From positions 4,825-64,697 of the forward strand of contig DAIUFS010000005.1 of NCBI GenBank assembly GCA_036844485.1: a stretch of DNA of 59,873 nt, read 5' to 3'. A program made the position numbers and the translations under genes. Source of the DNA: Candidatus Dormiibacterota bacterium (GTDB lineage Bacteria > Chloroflexota > Dormibacteria > Aeolococcales > Aeolococcaceae). This document shows positions 37,312-48,258 of this stretch, in pieces; within the stretch, counting starts at the first letter, position 1; each line of letters starts with the position of its first letter. Below the pieces are notes generated by a model that was not told the DNA's origin, did no database searches, and saw nothing but the letters and a program-made list of their open reading frames with translations.

Positions 37312-37737
37312 ATGCTGAGCAGGATCGACCACGTGGGCATCGCCGTCCGCGACATCGACGCCGCCGTGGAGGCATATCAGCGCCTCCTGGGGCGGGCTCC
37401 CAGCCACCGACAGCTGGTGGAGTCGGACGGCATCGAGGCGGTCATGTTCGAGGTCGGCGAGTCGCGCGTCGAGCTGCTCGGATCGACCGGTCCCGAGTCC
37501 AAGATCGCCGGCTTCCTCGAGCGCCGGGGGGGCGGACTCCACCACGTCGCCTACGGCGTCGACGACGTCCAGGCGGCGCTCGACGAGTACATCAGCCTCG
37601 GTCTCCAGACCCTGGACAGCTGCCCGCGCCGGGGTGCTGCCGGCCGGTTGGTCGCCTTCCTTCACCCCTCGGCGGCGATGGGGGTGCTCACCGAGCTCTG
37701 CCAGCCCGATCCCGACGCCGCCGGGCACAGCGGGTGA
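37312..37737 (+). CDS. mce: Methylmalonyl-CoA epimerase
   Basis: VOC fold 'IDHVGIAV', 'VELL', 'FLERRGGGLHHVAY', 'FLHP', 'LTEL'; next to the mutase. Confidence 0.93.
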   Translation: MLSRIDHVGIAVRDIDAAVEAYQRLLGRAPSHRQLVESDGIEAVMFEVGESRVELLGSTGPESKIAGFLERRGGGLHHVAYGVDDVQAALDEYISLGLQTLDSCPRRGAAGRLVAFLHPSAAMGVLTELCQPDPDAAGHSG

Positions 37738-39314
37738 GCGGCGCCGGCGATATCCCCGGGCAGACCGAGAGCGGCCTCCCGCTGCAGCCCTTCTATACAT
37801 CCGCCGAGAGCAGCGACTGGCCCCCGCCGGGCGAGTTTCCGTTCGTCCGAGGGGTCCGCGCCGAGGGCTATCGCGGGCGGCTGTGGACGATGCGCCAGTA
37901 CGCCGGCTTCGGCAGCGCGGCCGAGACCAACGAGCGCTTCCAGTACCTGCTGCGCGCCGGGCAGACCGGGCTGAGCTGCGCCTTCGATCTGCCCACCCAG
38001 ATGGGCTACGACAGCGACGACCCCATGGCCCGCGGCGAGGTGGGCAAGGTGGGCGTGGCCATCGACTCCCTCGACGACATGACCACGCTGATGGCGGGCA
38101 TCCCCCAGGACGAGGTCACCACCTCGATGACCATCAACGCGCCAGCATCCCTGCTCCTGCTTCTCTATGAGCTGGCGGCAGAGGCGAAGGGAATCGACGC
38201 CGCGCGCCTGGGTGGAACCATCCAGAACGACATCCTCAAGGAGTACGCCGCGCGCGGCACGTTCATCTTTCCGCCGCGGCCCTCCATGCGACTGGTCACC
38301 GACACGTTCGCGTACTGTGCGCAGCGGCTGCCGCGCTGGAACACTATCAGCATCAGCGGCTACCACATCCGTGAGGCGGGTGCGACGGCTCCGCAGGAGA
38401 TCGCCTTCACACTCAGCAACGGCATCGCGTACGTGCAAGCGGCCGTGGACGCCGGACTGGCGGTCGACGACTTCGCCCCGCGACTGAGCTTCTTCTTCAA
38501 CGTCAGCAACGATTTCTTCGAGGAGGTGGCCAAGTTCCGGGCGTCCCGACGCATCTGGGCCGAGGTGATGAGCGACCGGTTCGGAGCGCGCCATCCTCGC
38601 AGCCAGACCCTGCGGTTCCACGCTCAGACGAGCGGGGCCACGCTGACGGCTCAGCAGCCGCTCAACAACGTGGTGCGCGTCGCCCTCCAGGCGCTGGCAG
38701 CGGTGTGCGGCGGCACCCAGTCGCTGCACACCAACAGCTATGACGAGGCGCTGGCGCTGCCCTCGCAGCAGGCCGCGGAGATCGCCCTGCGCACTCAGCA
38801 GGTGATCGGGTTCGAGTCCGGGGCGGCGGCCGTTGCCGATCCGCTCGGCGGCTCCTACCTGGTGGAGCGGCTCACCGCCGATCTGGTTGAGGCATCGCGC
38901 GCGTTGATGTCGCGAGTGGAGGAGCGCGGCGGTGCGGTCGCCGCCATCGAGGAAGGCTTCTACCAGCGCGAGATCCAGGACTCCGCCTACCGCCACCAGC
39001 AGATGGTGGAGAGCGGGGAGCGGGCGATCATCGGTGTCAACAGGTTCACGGATTCGTCTCAAAACGCGGTGGAGATACTGCGCATCGGAGCCGAGCTCGA
39101 GGCGGCGCAGGTCGAGCGACTGGAACAGCTGCGCGCTCGCCGCGATGGTGCGGCCGCGGCACGCAGTCTCGACGTGGTGCGGCGCACCGCAGAGGGCAGC
39201 GACAACCTGCTGCCGGTGATGCGCGATGCCCTCGCCGCCCTGGCCACGGTGGGCGAGATCTGCACTGCCCTCCGCGACGTCTTCGGCGTTCACCGCCCGG
39301 GAGGAGATATCTGA
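37734..39314 (+). CDS. Methylmalonyl-CoA mutase, substrate-binding (large) subunit without B12 domain
   Basis: 'WTMRQYAGF', '[12 protein letters not shown]', '[15 protein letters not shown]', '[11 protein letters not shown]', 'SLHTNSYDE'; no DxHxxG. Confidence 0.95.
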   Translation: MSGAGDIPGQTESGLPLQPFYTSAESSDWPPPGEFPFVRGVRAEGYRGRLWTMRQYAGFGSAAETNERFQYLLRAGQTGLSCAFDLPTQMGYDSDDPMARGEVGKVGVAIDSLDDMTTLMAGIPQDEVTTSMTINAPASLLLLLYELAAEAKGIDAARLGGTIQNDILKEYAARGTFIFPPRPSMRLVTDTFAYCAQRLPRWNTISISGYHIREAGATAPQEIAFTLSNGIAYVQAAVDAGLAVDDFAPRLSFFFNVSNDFFEEVAKFRASRRIWAEVMSDRFGARHPRSQTLRFHAQTSGATLTAQQPLNNVVRVALQALAAVCGGTQSLHTNSYDEALALPSQQAAEIALRTQQVIGFESGAAAVADPLGGSYLVERLTADLVEASRALMSRVEERGGAVAAIEEGFYQREIQDSAYRHQQMVESGERAIIGVNRFTDSSQNAVEILRIGAELEAAQVERLEQLRARRDGAAAARSLDVVRRTAEGSDNLLPVMRDALAALATVGEICTALRDVFGVHRPGGDI

Positions 39315-39341
39315 CCGTTGGGGTATGCCCGGCCCCGCTGC

Positions 39342-40389
39342 TCACGCGGCTGCGGGCGCCCTCGACGGCTGCAGCGGCGCGTACACAGTGGCGGTGCGCT
39401 GGCGGCCGCGCAGCTCGACCTCGCCCCGTGACTCCCAGTGCGACCTCTCCTCAGGGCCGGCCGCCTCGACGCTGGCGGAGTCGACCAGCACGCGTCCCGG
39501 CGCCGTCTTGGCCAGCTCGCACAGCCGCGCGGCGACATTGACCGGATCACCGATCACTGTGTACTCGTAGCGGTGCGGGCTGCCGACGTTGCCCGCGACC
39601 ACCGTGCCACTGGCGACCCCGATCCCGACGTCGAGGTCAGGATGACGGCGCCGCAGCCGGTCGAGCTCGGCACTCAATCGGCGCGCAGCACGCAGCGCCC
39701 GCTGGGCGTGGTCGGGCTGGGGCATGGGAGCGCCGAAGATGCAGAGGGCACCGTCGCCCTCGAACTTGTTGGCCCAGCCGCCCTCGGCCTCGATGGCGGC
39801 CACCACCGCGCCGAAGAGGTCGTTGAGCATGGCCACAACCTGATCGGGCGCGAAGCCGGGTGACCACCGGACGCATGCCCCGCTCCAGGAGCAGAAAGGC
39901 GATGGCGCACGTGGTCAGCCCGCCGAGGAGCACTGTGAGCACGCCTCGAAACACCAGGACGGGGTCGAGCTGGAGCACCGCTGCGAGCAGCACACCGACA
40001 AGCACCGCCGCTCCCAGCCAGTAGAGGGCGGTGTACTGCGTCTGGCGCCACTGGTTGCGCAGCACCCGCTGCAGCTGAGAGGGTGGAACCTCCTCCTGGG
40101 AGGTGAGAACCGCCTCGGCCGCGGCGGCGATCCGCAGCGCCGTGATGCTCCCGAGCACCAGGGTGAGAGCCAGGTAGCCGGCGGCGGCGCCGCCCAGGAT
40201 GGCCAGGCCGCGGTCGGTGACCACGCCGCTCGGGAAGGCGAGCACACCGATCGCGAAGGTGATCGCCGCGCCGCTGATGTTGGCGGTACAGAGCGTGAAT
40301 GCGGTGATCCACCGTGCCCGCTGCATCTCGGGATCCGAGCGGGTGAAGATGCAGCGCACCTCGCGGCGTGCGTTCAGGAGCACGTCCAT
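39342..40389 (-). pseudogene. Class III adenylate cyclase, internally deleted and frameshifted
   Basis: The TM N-terminal frame is joined out of frame at about 39860 to a cyclase remnant 'PDQVVAMLN...KFEGDG...EYTVIGDPVNVAARL'; the first catalytic Asp strand and the HAMP/linker are missing. Confidence 0.8.
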
Positions 40390-40437
40390 GCGGGGCATCG
40401 TACGCCCGGGTATCTCCGCCGCGACTATCCTGCGGGC

Positions 40438-42093
40438 ATGCCGAGGACAACGCGCCGGGGAGTGCCGCCCGAGGGGGCAGGTCAGACCGGGATTGTGCCC
40501 AGCCCGTCGGGCACGTCATCGAACGGCAGCCCCGCACCGCCGGGACCGGCGACCGAACGGGCCATCAACCTGCTCCGCAAGCGCCACTACGACGCCGTCC
40601 ATCGCGGCGGGGCTGCCGAGCGCACCCAGCACCCCAAGGGCAAGCTGACCGCACGCGAGCGCGTCGAGCGATTTCTCGACCCCGGCTCATTCACGGAGAT
40701 GGACGTCTTCGCGGTGCACCGCAACAGCAACTTCGGCATGGAGGAGCGCCGGGTTCGGGGTGACGGAGTGATCACGGGATGGGGGACCGTCGAGGGCCGC
40801 CAGGTGTTCGTCTTCAGCCACGACGCATCCGTCTTTGGCGGCTCTCTCGGCGAGGTGTTCGCCGAGAAGGTGACCAAGGTCATGGACCTCGCCGTCCGGA
40901 CCGGTTGTCCATGCGTCGGCATCAACGACTCCGGTGGCGCTCGGATCCAGGAGGGGGTCGTCTCGCTGGCCGGGTACGCGGAGATCTTCTACCGCAACGT
41001 GGAGGCCAGCGGGGTGATCCCGCAGCTGTCGCTGATCGTGGGTCCGTGCACCGGCGGCGCGGTGTACTCACCGGCGATGACCGACTTCATCTTCATGGTG
41101 CGCAAGGTCGGCTACATGTTCATCACCGGGCCCGACGTCATCAAGGTGACCACCGGCGAGCGTGTCACCTTCGAGGATCTCGGAGGTTCGGATGTCCACA
41201 ACCAGCGCAGCGGCGTCGCCCACTTCAACGCGGACACTGAAGATGAGGCGTTCTCCCAGATGCGTGCTCTGCTCGGCTATCTGCCTGCCAACAACCACGA
41301 GCAGCCCCCCTACCGGCCCACGCTCGACGACCCCCTCCGCGCCGATCCCGAGCTGCAGACGATCATTCCCGACAATCCCAACCAGCCCTACGACATGCGC
41401 GCGGTGGTGTCGCGCGTTGTCGACGACGGCGAGTTCCTCGAGGTGATGCCGTACCACGCCGAGAACATCATCTGCGGGCTCGCCCGGCTCGACGGCCACA
41501 CCGTCGGCGTGGTCGGCAACCAGCCCCGCGTGCTGGCGGGCGCCCTCGACATCGAGGCATCCATCAAGGCCGCCCGCTTCGTGCGCTTCTGCGATGCCTT
41601 CAATGTGCCCCTGGTCACCTTTGTCGACGTGCCCGGCTTCCTCCCCGGGACGGACCAGGAATATGGCGGCATCATCCGGCACGGCGCCAAGCTCCTCTAC
41701 GCGTACTGTGAGGCGACCGTGCCGAAGCTCACCGTGATCACCCGCAAGGCGTACGGGGGGGCGTACGACGTGATGTGCAGCAAGCACATCCGCGCCGACT
41801 ACAACGTCGCCTGGCCCACTGCCGAGATCGCCGTGATGGGCCCCCAGGGGGCGGTCAGCGTCATCTTCAAGCGCGAGATCGCGTCGTCAGATCATCCGGC
41901 AGCCCGCACCGCCGAGTTGATCAGCGAGTACCGCGAGCAGTTCGCCACTCCCTACTACGCCGCCGAGCGCGGCTACATCGACGACGTCATCGAGCCCAAG
42001 CAGACGCGCGCCACACTCATCAAGGCGCTACACATGGCCATGAACAAGCAGGTCAGCCTGCCTCCGCGCAAGCACGGGAATATCCCCCTCTGA
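40438..42093 (+). CDS. pccB: Acyl-CoA (propionyl-CoA) carboxylase carboxyltransferase beta subunit
   Basis: 'GKLTARER', 'GDGVITG', 'DSGGARIQEG', 'GPCTGGAVYSPA', 'DVPGFLPG', 'RKAYGGAY', 'RKHGNIPL'. Confidence 0.93.
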   Translation: MPRTTRRGVPPEGAGQTGIVPSPSGTSSNGSPAPPGPATERAINLLRKRHYDAVHRGGAAERTQHPKGKLTARERVERFLDPGSFTEMDVFAVHRNSNFGMEERRVRGDGVITGWGTVEGRQVFVFSHDASVFGGSLGEVFAEKVTKVMDLAVRTGCPCVGINDSGGARIQEGVVSLAGYAEIFYRNVEASGVIPQLSLIVGPCTGGAVYSPAMTDFIFMVRKVGYMFITGPDVIKVTTGERVTFEDLGGSDVHNQRSGVAHFNADTEDEAFSQMRALLGYLPANNHEQPPYRPTLDDPLRADPELQTIIPDNPNQPYDMRAVVSRVVDDGEFLEVMPYHAENIICGLARLDGHTVGVVGNQPRVLAGALDIEASIKAARFVRFCDAFNVPLVTFVDVPGFLPGTDQEYGGIIRHGAKLLYAYCEATVPKLTVITRKAYGGAYDVMCSKHIRADYNVAWPTAEIAVMGPQGAVSVIFKREIASSDHPAARTAELISEYREQFATPYYAAERGYIDDVIEPKQTRATLIKALHMAMNKQVSLPPRKHGNIPL

Positions 42094-43486
42094 GCTGCAG
42101 GGTCCGGTAGGCGAGAGAGACCCCGCCGACGGCGACCGTCAGCGCTGCCAGCGGGGTCAGTGACACGGGCAGAACGTGAAACGGCCAGACCATGGGCAGG
42201 ATGGCGATCGCCACCAACGCGCAGGCCGCGACACCCGGCTGTCCGGTTCCGGGCCAGCGCCGCCAGATCATCGCCGCCAGGGCCACCGCGAGGACACTCC
42301 CGACCACGAGTGAGGCCAGGAACCCCGCAACGAGCAGGATCGACGCAGCCAGCGCCCACCCGACGTCCCGTTGACGGATGCCGGAGGCGTCGGTGCCGAC
42401 CAGCAGCGCGATCAGCGGGAAGAGGAGGACATCGTCGTAGGGATGACCGTAGGGCGTCGCCACCAACCAGATGGCCATACCGATACCGACGCCGAGAGCC
42501 AACCGCGCCTCGCGCGGAAGCGAGCGCGCCCGTGCGCTGAATCCCCAGACGCAGGCGAAGCCGAGGATCGCGACCACGCCCAGCCCGGTCACCGCTGCGC
42601 CGATGACGCCTCCGCCGGGCAGATGCTCGACCATCCCCGGCAGGCCAGAGAGATCCGGTTGCACCGAGGAGATCTGGCGGCCGAAGGCGAGCAGGTGGGT
42701 GAGAAAGATGCCGGTCGCACCCGGCATCATGAGCTCCGCGCACCCCACCAGACCCACCGCCGTGGAGGCAGCAGTGATCGCGGAGCGGATGGCCGCTCTG
42801 CGATCGGGCAGCTGCGAGGCCGCCAGCAGAAGAGGCAGCGGCCAGAGGATGTGCGGCTTGATGAGCACGGCGGCCGCGCAGACAGCCCCGGCCAATCCGG
42901 GGCGGCGGTGCAGGCACAGGGTCATGGCCCCCAACAGAAGTGCCAGCAGGAGCAGGTCGAACTGCCCGTTGAAGAAGCCGAGCAACGCCGGCCACGACAG
43001 CATGGCGAGGAAAGTCCAGCGCCCCGGTCGCTGCCAGCTCCATCGCCGCAGCCAGAAATACAGGGCGGTGCCGGCGGCGATCATCGCCAGGGCCGCCGCC
43101 AGCGCGTAGCTGACCCAAAAGGGCAGCAGCGTCACCGGCTGCAGCGCCCAGGCGACGATCGGCGGGCTGGCGAAGTTGTCCAGCAGCGGTTGCACCGCGG
43201 CGTAGTGGTCGGCGCTCTGCTCCGCCGCGTGCATGGCGGAAGGGTCGTACGGGCTGCCGCCGCTGTGGACCACGGCGGCCGCGGCGTAGAAGATCCGCCA
43301 GTCGGCGGCCAGGCCATACGGCTGCGCGGGAAACATGCGCGACGCCGCGAAGGCAGCGAAACAGGTCACCAGGACCGCGAGAATCCCCAGCGCCAGGCGC
43401 GGCTGCGCAGGCAGCCGAGACCGGCCGGCGTGCCTCCCGCCGACGTCGGTGGCGGGCGCGAGGATGGTCACCTGGGCGCTCACCAC
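42053..43486 (-). CDS. GT87 (DUF2029) glycosyltransferase
   Basis: 'ADWRIFYAAA', 'FASPP', 'NGQFD', 'LIKPH', 'PYGHPYDD'; start inferred. Confidence 0.85.
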   Translation of the reverse strand: MVSAQVTILAPATDVGGRHAGRSRLPAQPRLALGILAVLVTCFAAFAASRMFPAQPYGLAADWRIFYAAAAVVHSGGSPYDPSAMHAAEQSADHYAAVQPLLDNFASPPIVAWALQPVTLLPFWVSYALAAALAMIAAGTALYFWLRRWSWQRPGRWTFLAMLSWPALLGFFNGQFDLLLLALLLGAMTLCLHRRPGLAGAVCAAAVLIKPHILWPLPLLLAASQLPDRRAAIRSAITAASTAVGLVGCAELMMPGATGIFLTHLLAFGRQISSVQPDLSGLPGMVEHLPGGGVIGAAVTGLGVVAILGFACVWGFSARARSLPREARLALGVGIGMAIWLVATPYGHPYDDVLLFPLIALLVGTDASGIRQRDVGWALAASILLVAGFLASLVVGSVLAVALAAMIWRRWPGTGQPGVAACALVAIAILPMVWPFHVLPVSLTPLAALTVAVGGVSLAYRTLQLRGGYSRACAEAG

Positions 43487-43613
43487 GCGAGTCTCGCCCA
43501 CCGCGGGCGTCCCGGACCTCGATCGCTCCTGCTGCGACGGACACGTGACCCCGCCGTGCGAGCGGCGAGGCCGGTGGCGCGCCGCCGCGGACCCAGGATG
43601 AGCCGGTGTGGCG

Positions 43614-44738
43614 TCAGCCGGCTGATGAACGCGACGAGGCGGGCCGGCGTTCAGCAGGTGCGACGGTTCGACGGCGAGCTCCAAGGGTGGGGGCGAGAGG
43701 CGTGGCGCTGAGCAGCATGGCGACGGCGGTGGCAACGATCAGGCCAGCCACCGTCAAGATCAGGAAGCCGAGAAAGGAGACCGGCAATCCACTGGAGAGC
43801 AGGCCGCCGAGCTGGCGCCCTATGGCGAAGATGAGGATGGGGTGGAGGATGTAGACCCCCAGCGAGTTCTCGCTCAGCGCGCGGATGACGGTGGCCAGCC
43901 GGCCTCCCCGAGCGACCACCGAGCTCCCGGTCAACCAGACAAGGACGGCAACGCTGACCACGAATAGCGGCTCCTGGGGCAGCAGAAAACCTCCCGTCCC
44001 CTGAGCGAAGCCACCGTGAGGCGCCGAGCCGTAGGTGACCGCGATCAGCAACCAGCCTGAGAGTGCAGCCACCGCAGCGGCCGCCAGAGCCGCACCCCAC
44101 CGAATCCGCGCGGGTTCGCCGCGCGAGGCCAGCGTTCGCCCCGCTGCCACCCCCACAGCGAAGTAGCCGATCCAGAATGGGAGCAACTGGAATCCGTGCC
44201 ACAGAAAGAACTGCTCGAGCACCCCGATGGGCATCGGGCCATAGAGCCGGTAGATGCAGAGCAGCGTCTGGGTCACCATCGCCGCCGCCGCCCACCACCA
44301 GAGATTGCGCCGTGGCCACACCAGGTACACGAGGTACATCTGGGGGATGAGCAGCAGGAACCACAGATGGCCGGCGCCGTAGACGATGAAGTTGACGACG
44401 CCGATGACGCTGTGCATCGGGTCTCCGGTGAGGAACCAGCCGGTCAGCGTGTACACCGGTGCCCACGCCAGCCACGGGACCAGGCTCCTGGAGAAACGGC
44501 GGCTCAGGAAGTCTCCGGTCCGCAGAGGTGCCGCGCCGTACTGGTAGCTGAGCAGCACGCCGGTCAACAACATGAACGCCGGCACCGCCAGCCGGCTGAG
44601 CAGGTCGAGATCATCGAAGAGCACCGACCCGCGAGGCCAATGGGTGGTGTGGATGACCACCACGAGCACGGTGGCCAGCGCCCGGAGGGCGACCGCCGAC
44701 TCCAGTCGCGCCGGACGTGCTCGTGCCCCCTCGCTCAT
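43614..44738 (-). CDS. Acyltransferase-3 (OafA-like) membrane O-acyltransferase
   Basis: 'ALRALATVLVVVIH', 'AVPAFMLLTG', 'RRFSRSLVPW', 'HLWFL', 'SLGVYILHP'. Confidence 0.9.
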   Translation of the reverse strand: MSEGARARPARLESAVALRALATVLVVVIHTTHWPRGSVLFDDLDLLSRLAVPAFMLLTGVLLSYQYGAAPLRTGDFLSRRFSRSLVPWLAWAPVYTLTGWFLTGDPMHSVIGVVNFIVYGAGHLWFLLLIPQMYLVYLVWPRRNLWWWAAAAMVTQTLLCIYRLYGPMPIGVLEQFFLWHGFQLLPFWIGYFAVGVAAGRTLASRGEPARIRWGAALAAAAVAALSGWLLIAVTYGSAPHGGFAQGTGGFLLPQEPLFVVSVAVLVWLTGSSVVARGGRLATVIRALSENSLGVYILHPILIFAIGRQLGGLLSSGLPVSFLGFLILTVAGLIVATAVAMLLSATPLAPTLGARRRTVAPAERRPASSRSSAG

Positions 44739-44743
44739 CCGCG

Positions 44744-45925
44744 TCAGCGAGGACTGCGACGTCGCCCGCCGTCGCTCGGTCCCGCTCCTTGCGGCGTCGA
44801 GAGTGGGGTGTAGGCACGGGCGTAGGCCTGGTCGTGGCGTCCCTGGGTGGTGTGGATGTACGGCACCAGGACGCGCAGCAGCACCACCTGCAGCGCGGAG
44901 GCGACGGGGACAGCCAGGAGGGCGCCGATCAGCCCCTCGAGCGCGCCCCCGATGAGCAACGCGACCACCACCGCCAGCGCCGGCAGTGCCACCACCCGGT
45001 TCATGACCTGAGGCACCACGAAGTTGGCGTCGACAAGCTGCACGATGAGGAGTACCACGACCACGAGCACGGCGTGCCCCGGGCCCAGGGTGAGACCGAG
45101 CAACAGCGGTGGCACGATGCCGAGGAACGGCCCCACCAGCGGGATCGCCGCTGTGAGCCCGGCAAAGATGCCGAGCAGAACGGAGCTTGGCAGCCCCAGC
45201 GCGGTGCAGGCCAGGCCGGTGAGCACGCCGACGACCACCATGTTGATGGCGGTGGCGCGGAGGAAGCCTCCCATGCGCAGACCCATCTCGCGGCACACGT
45301 CGGCCGCCAGGTCCTGGTGGCGGAGCGGGAGCAGATCGACGACGAACCGCTTGAGCCGGTCAGAGGTCACCAGCCACAGAAAGCCGATGACCAGCACCAG
45401 GATGAGATTGACGAGCACGCCCACGATGTAGCCGCCGAGGGTCAGCAGCACGTTCTTGGCGGTGTCGAGGCTGCCCGCGAGAGTGTTGCCGATGTTCGGG
45501 CTGCCGCTGCCTCCCAGGTTGAGCGCGTGCTGCCAGGAGGTCACTGTGGATTGGATGCTCGCCTGGTAGCTCGGGAAGTTGTGGGCCAGCGATGTGGCCT
45601 CATCGATGATCGGTTGGACCAGGAGGGTGATGAGCAGAGCCAGCACCGCGATGAACCCGAGGTAGACGGCGGCGATCGCCAGCGGGCGCGGCAGCCGAGC
45701 CTCGGCCATGCGGTTCACCAGCGGACGCATCCCCTCGGCGAACACGATGGCCACGAGGAGGATGAGCAGAAGGTCGAAGATGCGGCTGAGCAGAACCGCC
45801 AGCCCGAGGGTGGCGATCACGATGAGTGCCGCGACGACCAGAGTTCGCACGGCGAGGACGGGACGCTCGACAACCACCGGCTTCAGCGCAACGGCGGGTT
45901 CCTCCGGGGCCGCTGTGTCGGGCAT
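44744..45925 (-). CDS. AI-2E family transporter
   Basis: 'MRPLVNRM', 'LVQPIIDEA', 'LTAAIPLVGP', 'QLVDANFVVPQVM', 'IGALLAVP'. Confidence 0.92.
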   Translation of the reverse strand: MPDTAAPEEPAVALKPVVVERPVLAVRTLVVAALIVIATLGLAVLLSRIFDLLLILLVAIVFAEGMRPLVNRMAEARLPRPLAIAAVYLGFIAVLALLITLLVQPIIDEATSLAHNFPSYQASIQSTVTSWQHALNLGGSGSPNIGNTLAGSLDTAKNVLLTLGGYIVGVLVNLILVLVIGFLWLVTSDRLKRFVVDLLPLRHQDLAADVCREMGLRMGGFLRATAINMVVVGVLTGLACTALGLPSSVLLGIFAGLTAAIPLVGPFLGIVPPLLLGLTLGPGHAVLVVVVLLIVQLVDANFVVPQVMNRVVALPALAVVVALLIGGALEGLIGALLAVPVASALQVVLLRVLVPYIHTTQGRHDQAYARAYTPLSTPQGAGPSDGGRRRSPR

Positions 45926-46031
45926 GGGGCGAGAGTAGCAGCGGGTGGATGACCATGCCCGCAATCCATCCAAGCATCCTGGCGTGTTTCGATTGCGGTC
46001 TCAGTCACAGAGCTCAGGCGAGGAGATGTCG

Positions 46032-46991
46032 ATGAACGAGCTGCCACGCCGCACCCTGGGAGATTCGGGAATCGAGGTCCCCGTCGTCGGCGTCGGGTGC
46101 AACAACTTCGGAGGGCGCACGGACGAGGCGAACAGCCGTCGGGTCATCCTGGCAGCGCTCGACCTGGGGGTGGGGTTCTTCGACACCGCCGACATCTACA
46201 GCCGGGGACGCAGCGAGGAGATCCTCGGCCGCGCGCTGGGCAGCCGCCGCGGCGAGGCGGTCGTCGCCACCAAGTTCGGCGGCTCCATGGGCTCCGCAGA
46301 GCGCGGTGGTGGTTCGCGCCGCTGGATCGCCCGGGCGGTGGAGGACAGCCTGCGCCGCCTCAGAACAGATCGTATCGACCTCTACCAGCACCACTTCTTC
46401 GACGCCGGCACGCCGCTCGAGGAGACCCTGGCGGCTCTCGACGAGCTGGTCCAGGCCGGCAAGGTGCGCGCCATCGGCTGCTCCAACTACGACGGAGTTC
46501 AGATCGAGGAGGCCCACATCATCGCCAGTGGCCACGGGTGGGCCCGGTACGTCACCGCCCAGAACGAGTACAGCCTGCTCAAGCGGCATGAGGTCGAGGA
46601 GTCGGTCATGCCCGTGTGCCGCCGGCTGGGCATGGGCATCCTGCCCTACTTTCCGCTGGCCAGCGGCCTGCTCTCCGGCAAGTACCATCGCGGCGAACCG
46701 CCACCCCCCGGCACCCGCCTGGGGCGCGACCCCAATCGTGCCGACGACCTCATGACCGGCGCCCACTTCGACGTCGTCGAAGCCCTCGAGATCTTCGCTC
46801 GCGAGCGCGGTGTCGAGCTGATCGACGTCGCCATCGGGGCGCTCGCCGCCCAGCCCCAGGTGGTGTCGGTGATCGCCGGCGCCACCAGCCCTGAGCAGGT
46901 GGCCACCAACGCCCGGGCCGGACGGTGGACCCCGAGCGACGATGACCTGGCGGAGATCGAGCGCATCACCAGTCGCCGCGCGCTGGCCTGA
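46032..46991 (+). CDS. Aldo/keto reductase
   Basis: 'GVGCNNFG', 'FDTADIY', 'ATKFG', 'SLRRLRTDRIDLYQHH', 'PYFPLASGLLSGKY'. Confidence 0.95.
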   Translation: MNELPRRTLGDSGIEVPVVGVGCNNFGGRTDEANSRRVILAALDLGVGFFDTADIYSRGRSEEILGRALGSRRGEAVVATKFGGSMGSAERGGGSRRWIARAVEDSLRRLRTDRIDLYQHHFFDAGTPLEETLAALDELVQAGKVRAIGCSNYDGVQIEEAHIIASGHGWARYVTAQNEYSLLKRHEVEESVMPVCRRLGMGILPYFPLASGLLSGKYHRGEPPPPGTRLGRDPNRADDLMTGAHFDVVEALEIFARERGVELIDVAIGALAAQPQVVSVIAGATSPEQVATNARAGRWTPSDDDLAEIERITSRRALA

Positions 46992-47073
46992 GCACGGTGC
47001 GGCGACGCTCCGGGGGCGCCGACGGCGCGGCTAGACTGACCCGCCGTCATCCCCAAGCACGAGGTCCGGCGCG

Positions 47074-48258
47074 GTGAAACTCCTCGAGTACCAGGCCAAG
47101 CAGCAATTCAGCGCCGCCGGCATCCCCATACCCCAGGGCCGGCTGGCGCGGACGCCGGCGGAGGCCGCCGCCGCGGCGCGCGAGCTCGGCCGTGTCGCGG
47201 TCAAGGCCCAGGTGCCCATCGGCGGCCGTGGCAAGGCGGGTGGCATCGCGGTGGTCGAGACCCCTGAGCAAGCGGAGCGCGAGGCGGCGCGCATCCTCGC
47301 CATGGACATCCGTGGCTACCCCGTACGCAGCGTCTGGTGCGAGACCGCCCTGGAGATCGGCAGCGAGTTCTACCTGGGCCTCACGCTCGACCGCGACCGC
47401 CGCCGGCTGGCGATGATCTTCTCAGCCGCGGGGGGGATGGAGATCGAGCAGGTGGCAGAGGAAGCTCCGGAGAAGATCGCCAAGATCTGGCCCGACCCCT
47501 TTGCCGGTCCGCACCCCTTCGAGATCCGCCGGCTGGCCTTCGAAGCGCTGCGACAGGCACCGCAGCTGCGCGACCGGACGGCATTCCTGGTCGCCCAGTT
47601 GGTCGGGCTGGCCGAGAAGCTGTACTCGGTCGCGGTCAGGCTCGACGCCGTGACCTGCGAGATCAACCCGCTGGTGCTGACCAACGATGGGCAGTTCATC
47701 GCGGCGGATGGGAAGCTCGAGATCGACGAGAACGCCGCGTCTCGCCATGCCGCGCTCGCCGAGGAGCTCGCCAAGGACGCCACCGGCGATGACGGCCGCA
47801 CCGGCGACGATCCCTACGAGGTCGAGGCGCAGCGCCGCGGCCTCACCTATGTGCACCTCGACGGCGACATCGGCTGCATCGGCAACGGTGCGGGGCTGGT
47901 CATGAACACTCTCGACCTCGTCAAGCAGCACGGCGGCGAGCCCGCCGACTTCCTCGATGTCGGTGGTGGCGCCAGCGCGGAGAAGGTGCGCAGCGCGCTC
48001 GAGATGGTGCTCCTCGATCCCAAGGTTAAGGGCGTGTTCATCAACATCTTCGGCGGCATCACCCGCGGTGACGAGGTGGCCAGGGGAATCATCGCCGCGC
48101 GTGACGAGCTGCACATCACCAAGCCGCTGGTGGTGCGCATGACGGGCACCCGCGAGGAGGAGGGACGCCGGCTTCTCGCCGAGGCAGGCATCACTCCCGC
48201 GGTTAGCGCCACCGAGGCTGCCGAGAAGATCGTCGCTCTCACCAGGGAACAGCCGTGA
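47074..48258 (+). CDS. sucC: Succinyl-CoA ligase beta subunit
   Basis: 'MKLLEYQAK', '[14 protein letters not shown]', 'EINPL', 'GNGAGL', 'FLDVGGG', 'NIFGGI'. Confidence 0.96.
   Translation: MKLLEYQAKQQFSAAGIPIPQGRLARTPAEAAAAARELGRVAVKAQVPIGGRGKAGGIAVVETPEQAEREAARILAMDIRGYPVRSVWCETALEIGSEFYLGLTLDRDRRRLAMIFSAAGGMEIEQVAEEAPEKIAKIWPDPFAGPHPFEIRRLAFEALRQAPQLRDRTAFLVAQLVGLAEKLYSVAVRLDAVTCEINPLVLTNDGQFIAADGKLEIDENAASRHAALAEELAKDATGDDGRTGDDPYEVEAQRRGLTYVHLDGDIGCIGNGAGLVMNTLDLVKQHGGEPADFLDVGGGASAEKVRSALEMVLLDPKVKGVFINIFGGITRGDEVARGIIAARDELHITKPLVVRMTGTREEEGRRLLAEAGITPAVSATEAAEKIVALTREQP

Noticed and set aside
39637-39860. Programmed frameshift joining the cyclase halves
   Set aside because: No slippery sequence, and a shift would still not restore the missing catalytic Asp strand
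43735-45296. Long N-terminal extensions of the ORF-track calls 42053..43735 and 43614..45296
   Set aside because: The extensions overlap neighbouring real genes in another frame; homology begins at about 43486 and 44738
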